35,467 nt of DNA from NCBI GenBank assembly GCA_026986655.1, contig JALSOD010000190.1:1-35467 (forward strand), in the 5' to 3' direction. This document shows, one piece after another, positions 18,086-25,142 of this stretch; within the stretch, counting starts at the first letter, position 1; every line of letters starts with the position of its first letter. Under the pieces are notes generated by a model. It saw only the letters and a program-made list of their open reading frames with translations. It did no database searches and had not been told where the DNA came from. Made by a program: the position numbers and the translations under genes. Origin of the DNA: a candidate division WOR-3 bacterium. GTDB lineage: Bacteria; Hydrothermota; Hydrothermia; B15-G9; WFZT01.

Positions 18086-18478
18086 TCACCTTATCCAGAG
18101 TATATCTGGATAGACTCCTTCAAATTCTCTATCACCCGTAACTATAATTCCTTTCTTATCGATAGCTGTTGCAACGACGAAGGCATCCGCATAAGATAAG
18201 CTATACATAGCTTTAATCCTTCCGGCAGTCAAAGCTAAGCTTTCGTTAACTTCTACAAACTGAATGGGTAATCTTTTTACAATTGCTACCGCTTCATTGG
18301 CCTTTGCAGTCCCAAATTCTCTTGCAACGATGTAGTAAACCTCCCCAAGATTGACGTAGTTCATGAACAGTTTTATTTCACCCTTTTCAGCCTTATCAAT
18401 AAGTTCTTCGATCTTATCTGCTCCTTCCTCATTACCGAGATATGCAAGAACGGCAAAGCTATCTAAGACGTAATTCAT
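18086..18478 (-). CDS. vapC: PIN-domain toxin VapC
   Basis: 130 aa: MNYVLDSFAVLAYL (first acidic residue), ...YADAFVVATAI...IVTGDREF. It overlaps vapB by 4 nt. Its stop is directly adjacent to the methyltransferase ATG. Confidence 0.85.
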   Translation of the reverse strand: MNYVLDSFAVLAYLGNEEGADKIEELIDKAEKGEIKLFMNYVNLGEVYYIVAREFGTAKANEAVAIVKRLPIQFVEVNESLALTAGRIKAMYSLSYADAFVVATAIDKKGIIVTGDREFEGVYPDILWIR

Positions 18479-18705
18479 CTTTTCATCTCCCTCTCTTTCT
18501 CCTCCTTCTTATACTCAGCCATTATCTCGTCAAGCTTCCTCTTAAACTTCAGAAAGCCTCTTCCCTTGGTCTTAGGAACGGGAACTATGACAATCTCACC
18601 CCCAAAATCTAAAATCTCCACTTCGCTCCCAGCTTCAATTCCATACTTCCTCCTCAACTCCGCCGGCAAGACTATCTGCCCTTTAGTCGATATCTTAACA
18701 GGCAT
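18475..18705 (-). CDS. vapB: AbrB/SpoVT-type antitoxin VapB
   Basis: 76 aa: MPVKISTKGQIVLPAELRRKYGIEAGSEVEI is a swapped-hairpin AbrB/MazE-like motif. Confidence 0.85.
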   Translation of the reverse strand: MPVKISTKGQIVLPAELRRKYGIEAGSEVEILDFGGEIVIVPVPKTKGRGFLKFKRKLDEIMAEYKKEEKEREMKR

Positions 18706-18802
18706 ACAATCACCGTATAATGTTCTACCAACTTAGATATATGTTTTACCATACTGCCAATTCTCTTACACATGTCTAGGCTTTAAAATAATGAAATGAT
18801 GA

Positions 18803-19174
18803 TTATATAAGCCCATACAGCACTCTAAAGGCATAAGCTCCCTTCGAATTAGAAGAGAGCTTCCAAGCCCAGAAAAACACCTCCTCAGGCGGTAAATTAA
18901 GGATAACATCAATGAGTTTATACCTTTGCTCAGCCCTCTTCATCGAATTGAGAACTTTAAAAGCAACGTAAATTCTCATGGCTTTCTCGACATCATCTGT
19001 CTTATTTTCCATTTTCAGCTTTTTCATTAAACTCTTTATCGCCTCTTTTCTCCAAGACGTTGCTGAAGCTATTTTCATCCTGTATCCTCTATCTTTGTTC
19101 TGGAAATTCTCGTACATGGTTATATACTTCCCAGTTTCAACGATTTCGTAGATGGTATTCCTAAACGCAAGCAT
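18803..19174 (-). CDS. Hypothetical 123-aa helical protein, translationally coupled to the DUF499 gene
   Basis: The ATG at 19174-19172 directly follows the DUF499 stop (19177-19175, reading TAAATG). I recognise no motif. The C-terminus is [30 protein letters not shown]. Confidence 0.6.
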   Translation of the reverse strand: MLAFRNTIYEIVETGKYITMYENFQNKDRGYRMKIASATSWRKEAIKSLMKKLKMENKTDDVEKAMRIYVAFKVLNSMKRAEQRYKLIDVILNLPPEEVFFWAWKLSSNSKGAYAFRVLYGLI

Positions 19175-22100
19175 TTACGTCACCCTAAACCACTTCTGCG
19201 ATTTCGTCGTTGCAAGTTGCTCAACAAATAGCTTAAAGTCTTCATCGATCTTAACAGGATTTTCAAGCTCTAATTCAAATGTATATTCAGGATTCTCATC
19301 AAGGCTTGCAATTTTCTGTAAGATTTCATCCACAACTCCAACCTTAGCAAGTTCAACCTCACACTTAAAGGTTGTAACATTCTTTCCTTCAACTTCGACC
19401 TTAATAGTTCCTGAAAGGTTTAAGAATGGAACTGCACCGCTTATACTCAGCGAATCTTCCTTTAAGTTATCCGATCCCTTACCAGAAACTTTGATAAGAG
19501 TAACACTCCTACCACTGAAGTCCTCGAATTTCTCAAGAATATCATCTGAAGAAACTAAAGTCTCTTTAGGTTTAGGTGGCTGTGGAGAAGGTGTAACTAC
19601 TGGAGGCTTAACTCTTCTAAGCTTATCTTTGATTTCGTCAGCGTATTCCCTCCTGAAGATGTATGTTACTTCACCTTCACTTCCGAAAGCGTCTAAGACT
19701 GCTTTAGCTTCATCATTCTCCAATTCTACTCCACTTTCAAGCTTCTGTATCGACGAAATATCCCCAGCAAATAACTCAAGTTTATCTGATCGCTTTGCAG
19801 CATCAATTATATCCTTTCTGCTATACTCTAGGAGCTGTGAATCTATCTTTGAAAATTCCTCGTAATTCTTATCTCCGAGAACCTTAATAATTTTCTCAGC
19901 TATTAAATCAGCTCTCTTCTTCTTCGCAACTTCTAGAAGTTTTTCTGCAAAATCTTTTTTAAGGATGTAATCTGAACTTCTAACCTCAGCTACCTCAACA
20001 CCCATTTTGAGGTTCTTGAGAATTTCATCACTTTTTTCAAGATCGACTTCCTCAGGTTCACAGATTTCTCCTCTGAAAATGGCGATATCTCCAGTTTTAA
20101 CCAACTCTTTCAAGCTTGCTTTTAGAAGCTTTGCTGGGATGAATGGATAGCTCGTTGAATTTGCAGTAGTTTGGATAAGATCTGAGAACTTCACGTAATC
20201 CTTTTCAAGACCCATCACTCCTTCAACGTAGTCTATACTTGCGGTGCTTATGACCTTACCATACTTCTTTTCAAGATCTTCAAATATCCTCTCTGAGTAT
20301 TTTGCCTTATCATCATAGGTAATAGGTGAAATTGGCTTCACTTCTTGATCATTTTTCTTGTAAAATCCTGCATAAGAGTATAAGTTTATCAGCTTTTGTG
20401 CTGCTTTTGCATAGATTTTCTTCTGAATATCTCTAAGCTCCTTTATGAACTCCTTGTCTTTTGACCTTTCCTTCTTCAACTTCTCGCATGCAATCAATTC
20501 TTTAACTGTATCCCTAAACGAAGGTATCTCCGATGGTATTGGAAACAGCAAAATGACTGAATTTCTGTTTGGCGTGGTTATAGAAAGCATTTGTGAGAAT
20601 ATCCTACTGTAAACTTCCCTTCTTACAACATCTTCAGACACACTCTCATACTCCTTAGTGCTCTTTATTGCCCTATAATAGTTAAAAACATCTTCGTAAT
20701 CTATTACAAAAATGTTCAACCTGTTTGGATCGGTATTATCCTTCTTTATCTCCTTATCAAAGATATTAACGGCTATAGTCTCTGTAGATGGGATTATCTT
20801 AGAAATAAACTCTTTTTGGAGATGTAGCTTAACTTCCTCATCTTTAACATCTCTGGCAGCTATCCTGACTAAAGCTCTTGGATTTACTTCAGTCTTGAAG
20901 AAGTATCTATCCGTTCCTTCAGCTCTGAAAAGATGCGTAGTAATCTCATCATATAACCTCTCAAGATATGCGTCTATCGTTGATGGATCGAGATTAGCAT
21001 CGCCAAGCGCTCTAAACACCATTCTACCATTTGCTCCTCGCTTTGTTTCGTCTGGGAAGAGGGAGTAGAGGTAAACCGTAGTTGCGATCCTTACGAAGTT
21101 ACCGAATCTAATCTTACCACCATCAGCCTGCTGGGCGTGGGCCGTTCCTTCACTTGTAGCTATATCGGTTTGGACGACTTGATCGAGCTTCTTTCCAAAT
21201 ATTTCAGCCGTAAGCTTGCTTCTAAGTTCGGAATCAGATAGATCAACCTCACCAGCAGAAATGAAGAGACTTGTTTCTGGTAACTCATCAACATGCCTCA
21301 ATAGGTTCACTATAACTCTCGCCATTATCTTAAGAATTCCTCTCGTTCTCTGGAAGTTCTCATATGTGCCAATTCTACCAAAGAATATCTCTTCAATAAG
21401 TTCAGGATGGAAGGGATAACACTCGGCAAGTCTTTCTTCTCTATAAGCGTCGGCAACCCCGAGCTTGGCAACGTAAAGCTCATGGAGAGCTTTGGCAACC
21501 TTCCTGGCGAAGTTCTCATCAATGTGCTTTATGAATCTTTTCTTCAGAATTCTTATTATATCCTCCTTTGAAACTGGTTCTATCCTTATTGCTCCTCTTT
21601 CAGCTATTGCAGTGATATCTCTCAAAATTTGAGCCTCTTTTTGATAAGCTTCACTTTCTGGTATTGTAAGCACGACAATAGAAGTTTTTGTAGCCTCTGT
21701 AGCAACAAAGAGTGAGTGTATAAAACCCTTGTTTTGGGCAATCCTGCCGTTACCTTCTTTTTCGCCCATAATCTTAGAGAAGTAAACTACGAGTTCATCA
21801 AGGAGGAAAATAACAGGCTTACCGATTCTTCTTATAGCGTTTTCAATTTCTTTAGCGGTAGGAGGTAAAGTTTTTGAAGTTATAGAAACATCTCCTAATT
21901 CCTTCCCAATAACGTTCCAGAGGTTTGTTTCAGGATCAACGTTATGTCCGTCTATTGCAACTATCTTTACTTCAGGGATTGTTTCAAGTCCAAGTTCTTT
22001 AAGAATCTGTCTAATCTCCTGACTATTCAAAGCTACATCTCTATTCTTGAATACATGGTAGAGCATGACAAGAGTATGAGTTTTACCGCCTCCAAAGGTT

Positions 22101-22402
22101 GTATCAAGAATTATTGCATAGGATTCGTCTGAGATGGATGCCACTCGTGACAGGACTCTCATTAGTATGGTCTTCATGTAATCCGAAAAGTGCGTCTTTT
22201 TGAAGAATTGGACAGGATCAAGATAGATAGGATGAGCGTTTCCGCTGAGAAAGTTTGAGAATTCTACTTCAAAGATCGCTTCATTTATGCTTGCATGAGG
22301 GTTCGATGCAATTCTAACTAATTCATCGTCGAAAACGACTTTACCTTCCTTTATTGCATTCTTAAGAGATAAAGACTCAAAGTTGTAGACAGTCATAGTC
22401 AC
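19175..22402 (-). CDS. DUF499-family P-loop ATPase (large, about 1075 aa)
   Basis: LDTTFGGGKTHTL (the FGGGKTH P-loop typical of DUF499) and VIFLLDELVVY (Walker B-like). The likely start is ATG 22396 (GGAGGGTG upstream) rather than the GTG at 22402. Confidence 0.8.
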   Translation of the reverse strand: MTMTVYNFESLSLKNAIKEGKVVFDDELVRIASNPHASINEAIFEVEFSNFLSGNAHPIYLDPVQFFKKTHFSDYMKTILMRVLSRVASISDESYAIILDTTFGGGKTHTLVMLYHVFKNRDVALNSQEIRQILKELGLETIPEVKIVAIDGHNVDPETNLWNVIGKELGDVSITSKTLPPTAKEIENAIRRIGKPVIFLLDELVVYFSKIMGEKEGNGRIAQNKGFIHSLFVATEATKTSIVVLTIPESEAYQKEAQILRDITAIAERGAIRIEPVSKEDIIRILKKRFIKHIDENFARKVAKALHELYVAKLGVADAYREERLAECYPFHPELIEEIFFGRIGTYENFQRTRGILKIMARVIVNLLRHVDELPETSLFISAGEVDLSDSELRSKLTAEIFGKKLDQVVQTDIATSEGTAHAQQADGGKIRFGNFVRIATTVYLYSLFPDETKRGANGRMVFRALGDANLDPSTIDAYLERLYDEITTHLFRAEGTDRYFFKTEVNPRALVRIAARDVKDEEVKLHLQKEFISKIIPSTETIAVNIFDKEIKKDNTDPNRLNIFVIDYEDVFNYYRAIKSTKEYESVSEDVVRREVYSRIFSQMLSITTPNRNSVILLFPIPSEIPSFRDTVKELIACEKLKKERSKDKEFIKELRDIQKKIYAKAAQKLINLYSYAGFYKKNDQEVKPISPITYDDKAKYSERIFEDLEKKYGKVISTASIDYVEGVMGLEKDYVKFSDLIQTTANSTSYPFIPAKLLKASLKELVKTGDIAIFRGEICEPEEVDLEKSDEILKNLKMGVEVAEVRSSDYILKKDFAEKLLEVAKKKRADLIAEKIIKVLGDKNYEEFSKIDSQLLEYSRKDIIDAAKRSDKLELFAGDISSIQKLESGVELENDEAKAVLDAFGSEGEVTYIFRREYADEIKDKLRRVKPPVVTPSPQPPKPKETLVSSDDILEKFEDFSGRSVTLIKVSGKGSDNLKEDSLSISGAVPFLNLSGTIKVEVEGKNVTTFKCEVELAKVGVVDEILQKIASLDENPEYTFELELENPVKIDEDFKLFVEQLATTKSQKWFRVT

Positions 22403-22411
22403 CCTCCATAA

Positions 22412-22858
22412 TTATGACTCAGCTTCTCTTAAAATTAATTCATAATCTTCTTCCGGGATTTCCCGCATAGCCTTTCCCATTAGATGACCACTCCATCTCT
22501 TTTTGTTTGTAATGAATTTGAGCTTCGGAATTAAGGGCTTGAACTCCACGGGTTTGTCGAATATCTTAACAGGCTTAATCTTAACCCTCCAAGGGAAAGT
22601 TTCGTTAGTTTTCATACCCTTAGAACTGAAAATCCTCGTAGAATCCTTAAACGGCTCGGAAACGACTTCGTAAATTCCAACGATCCTCGACTCTTTAACT
22701 TCATCACCAACCTTCTCCTGCTTGAGATAGATCATAAGCTTATCTCCGGGCTTAACCTTAGCGATCGTATTCTTATGCCTCTCCGGAACTCCCCATACAT
22801 TTCGCTCCTTTATCACCTTCCAGTTTGCTTCGTTCGTAATGCAGAGCCAGTAAGCCAT
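22412..22858 (-). CDS. EVE (PUA-like) domain protein
   Basis: [30 protein letters not shown]...[13 protein letters not shown]...[12 protein letters not shown]...[13 protein letters not shown] prefer the start at 22858 because GAGGTGA lies 4 nt upstream; the ORF track starts at 22873. It ends 9 nt before the DUF499 gene. Confidence 0.6.
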   Translation of the reverse strand: MAYWLCITNEANWKVIKERNVWGVPERHKNTIAKVKPGDKLMIYLKQEKVGDEVKESRIVGIYEVVSEPFKDSTRIFSSKGMKTNETFPWRVKIKPVKIFDKPVEFKPLIPKLKFITNKKRWSGHLMGKAMREIPEEDYELILREAES

Positions 22859-22876
22859 TAAATCACCTCTCAATCT

Positions 22877-23197
22877 TTATAGCCTCATAGCCTCAGTAAA
22901 CTTCTTAGCGTAATATTCAGAAATAGCATTATCAAGCTCGATAAACTTCTGAACGATTGGATTGTTCTTATTTAGCTTATACATCTTTGCTCTTCCAACT
23001 CTTCTTGTCTCCACAACTATTCCAAGATCCTCTAACGTTTTCCAGATCTTAAGTAAGGTAGTTCTACTAATTCCAGCACCTCTCGCTATCTCCGTTTTGG
23101 AGTAATCGAAAGCCTCGTTATCGATTAAGAAGTCGATTACCCTGATTATCGGATTATCCCTCCCCAAGAACTTCAGGAATATCGTCTCTTCCTCCAT
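22877..23197 (-). CDS. Winged-helix transcriptional regulator (first gene of the defence operon)
   Basis: MEEETIFLKFLGRDNPIIRVIDFLIDNEAFDYSKTEIARGAGISRTTLLKIWKTLEDLGIVVETRRVGRAKMYKLN is an HTH plus wing. The Met at 23197 has GGTGAGAGG upstream. The longer track ORF (to 23335) would overlap the divergent gene. Confidence 0.7.
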   Translation of the reverse strand: MEEETIFLKFLGRDNPIIRVIDFLIDNEAFDYSKTEIARGAGISRTTLLKIWKTLEDLGIVVETRRVGRAKMYKLNKNNPIVQKFIELDNAISEYYAKKFTEAMRL

Positions 23198-23288
23198 CCT
23201 CTCACCTATGGTATTATGGCATATATTGCCATTTTCTGTCACTGTATGACACAAATGTTTAAATCTCTTTTCATCAACGTTCATCAGG

Positions 23289-23558
23289 ATGAACAATGAA
23301 GAACTCCGCAACATTCTGAAAGCTACAATTCTCAAGAAGCTTAAGAGGAGAGGAAAATGGGGACACGCTCATACAAGCTTCGATAAACTAACTTCCGGAA
23401 TTCCAAAGCATTTACGTGGATTGGCTAAAGAAGTTGCCGAGGAATTGATTAAAGAAGGTTTACTAATCGCTAAGCCTACCTCCTACGGTTTGGAGATATC
23501 GTTAAATCCGAGAAGAAAGGCCGAGATCGATGAGATCATTGAGAAATACTTGAAATGA
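23289..23558 (+). CDS. Hypothetical small basic protein (possible winged-helix-like)
   Basis: 89-aa ORF, divergent from the operon regulator. I recognise no diagnostic motif. Confidence 0.55.
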   Translation: MNNEELRNILKATILKKLKRRGKWGHAHTSFDKLTSGIPKHLRGLAKEVAEELIKEGLLIAKPTSYGLEISLNPRRKAEIDEIIEKYLK

Positions 23559-23601
23559 GCACCTAACAGATGGTGATGGTAAAACCAACACGTTAGGTAA
23601 G
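23558..23601. repeat. Palindromic element copy 2 (left arm degenerate: AGCACCTAAC-N24-GTTAGGTAAG)
   Basis: The right arm at 23592-23601 is perfect. The left arm matches 7/10 at the exact 24-nt spacing. It lies between the 89-aa gene's stop and the DUF1922 gene. Confidence 0.45.
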
Positions 23602-23632
23602 AAAGAAGATAAATATATTTTAATCTGGAATA

Positions 23633-23845
23633 TTGGTTGTGAGATACGCTGTAGTTGAATGTCCGATTTGCAGGAAATATCTTGCAATAGATTCAAAGAT
23701 GGGTTTCAGAAAGTGTCCTTATTGCGGTTACGTGAACAAGCTCAACGTTTCGAGAGTTATAAAGAAGTTTAAGAGTCCAAGAGAGGCTTCAGAGTTAGTA
23801 AGAATTCTAAATGAGAGAAATGATGACTTCAAGCCGATGAGATAA
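23633..23845 (+). CDS. Zn-ribbon protein (DUF1922-like)
   Basis: 70 aa from a TTG start, with CPICR...CPYCG (CxxC-x16-CxxC), followed by a basic/helical tail. Confidence 0.65.
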   Translation: MVVRYAVVECPICRKYLAIDSKMGFRKCPYCGYVNKLNVSRVIKKFKSPREASELVRILNERNDDFKPMR

Positions 23846-23851
23846 TCGAAT

Positions 23852-23876
23852 GGGGACGGGTGGGCGGGTGGGTGGG
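23852..23876 (+). other. Six-tract G-run (potential G-quadruplex motif): GGGGACGGGTGGGCGGGTGGGTGGG
   Basis: Read directly. G-tracts sit at 23852-55, 58-60, 62-64, 66-68, 70-72 and 74-76, with 1-2-nt loops. It starts 7 nt after the DUF1922 stop codon. Confidence 0.6.
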
Positions 23877-23894
23877 CGATAAACGATCTTCGGA

Positions 23895-23957
23895 GGGGAA
23901 GGTTGGAGAGACGGCCCAAAACGGTGTCACGTCGAACTCCAAACCCCAACCTTCCCC
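23895..23957 (+). ncRNA. GC-rich hairpin with a perfect 12-bp stem; candidate structured RNA, strand uncertain
   Basis: GGGGAAGGTTGG (23895-23906) is the exact reverse complement of CCAACCTTCCCC (23946-23957), with a 39-nt interior. It is a local GC island in an otherwise AT-rich genome. No credible CDS lies here. Confidence 0.25.
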
Positions 23958-23984
23958 GAAAGGAGTTTGTTCGAAATTTTATAA

Positions 23985-24025
23985 ACGTTTTGAAAAAAGA
24001 AAAAATCTGGGACTACTCGTCCCAG
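23985..24025 (-). terminator. Hairpin + oligo-T terminator candidate for the SWIM-like gene
   Basis: CTGGGAC-TACTC-GTCCCAG (24007-24025) spans the TAG stop (24015-24013). On the minus strand it is followed by ATTTTTTCTTTTTTCAAA. Confidence 0.4.
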
Positions 24026-24390
24026 AACAGCTTGGGGTTCTTCACTATTAGGAGGGGTTTTTCTTCCTCATCCTGCTTGCCGTTATCGTTGTTGCTTCTT
24101 ACGGTTGGCTTCTTTACAATCTCGACTTCTACCGCCATGTCCACTCCATCTACGAACCATCTCAGAGCTTCGTAAACCGCTTGGATGTGCTTGCATGCAT
24201 AGTACGGCTCGTCGATGTGCTTTAAGAAGTCGGGGCAGTTGCTCTGGAATCTGGAACCGTTGTACGCTACGACATATTGACTCGGCTTTCCGTTCGTGCT
24301 GTTCAGGCTCAGCACGGCGTATTTGTTCTCTCCGACCTTTGCCACAACCATCCCGTATCTCCTTTCCGAAACTCCGGCTTCGGGGGACAT
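24013..24390 (-). CDS. SWIM zinc-finger-like small protein
   Basis: 125 aa. SNCPDFLKHIDEPYYACKHIQAV resembles the SWIM CxC-x(n)-CxH signature, but the first Cys is not conserved. The C-terminal tail is acidic. Confidence 0.55.
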   Translation of the reverse strand: MSPEAGVSERRYGMVVAKVGENKYAVLSLNSTNGKPSQYVVAYNGSRFQSNCPDFLKHIDEPYYACKHIQAVYEALRWFVDGVDMAVEVEIVKKPTVRSNNDNGKQDEEEKPLLIVKNPKLFWDE

Positions 24391-24738
24391 AATGATCGAA
24401 AGGTCGAAGAACGAGCCAAAATTGTTTTAGCTGAAAGCTGTAAAATGTCCTTTTTTCTTTTTAAAGAAAGCTCGCCCCGATACCCGGGTTGGTTCTAAAA
24501 ACGAGTAAGTCAAAAACAGGCAATGCTCATCCTTACGTCGGTCGAGCTTTCTAATTTGATTTCTTTTGGAAAATCGCTTTCAGCGCGCTCGGAGAGCAAA
24601 ACATTTTTGTGCCTCGTTCTTCGCTCCCAGAGATGCCGAGAAACGGAGTTCGAAAGGAGATAACAAATATTAAGGCATAGAGGAGAGAGCGTCAGATAAG
24701 CACGATGAAAGCTTGGAAGTCATTTAGCGTTACGGGTT

Positions 24739-24782
24739 CTTACCTAACAGCCCGATGATTACTTAAGCACTTGTTAGGTAAG
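24739..24782. repeat. Palindromic element copy 3 (perfect CTTACCTAAC-N24-GTTAGGTAAG)
   Basis: Arms at 24739-24748 and 24773-24782. It lies in a 467-bp ORF-free region. Confidence 0.75.
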
Positions 24783-24857
24783 AGCAAGCGGTGAAGAATA
24801 GGAAAAAGCGGATCCCGGTATCGCGAGTTTAGGGTTTGTTTGAGCATTGCAGGTTTA

Positions 24858-25142
24858 TCAAACACTCCACTTAAAGAGAGATACGCAGACGTTAATTGCT
24901 ATACAGAGCAACCCTATGACGAACAGAGCAATCGGAATTATTTGGGATTTAGTGTCTCTGTATAAATAATAACAGAAAGCAATGATTGATATCTTAGGGA
25001 GAATTATCCCCAACTCACCGTAGCCGGCGACGAACAGATTGACAACAGGGTTTAACTCCACGCAACCACTTCTTAAATTCATAATCGTTGTAACCGTATC
25101 CCCAATTCCGTAGAAAAGTATCGCAAGGATCCAGAGCCTCAC
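24858..25142 (-). CDS. Small 3-4 TM membrane protein (DUF5658-like)
   Basis: 94 aa: YGIGDTVTT...ELNP. It overlaps the upstream gene's stop by 4 nt. Confidence 0.6.
   Translation of the reverse strand: MRLWILAILFYGIGDTVTTIMNLRSGCVELNPVVNLFVAGYGELGIILPKISIIAFCYYLYRDTKSQIIPIALFVIGLLCIAINVCVSLFKWSV

Noticed and set aside
23728-24175. Three mutually overlapping ORFs (23860..24051 +, 23903..24175 +, 23728..23949 -) across the GC island.
   Set aside because: They overlap each other and the SWIM-like gene, lack ribosome sites and have Gly/Pro/Arg/Ser-rich translations. These are best explained as by-products of a GC-rich structured, non-coding segment.
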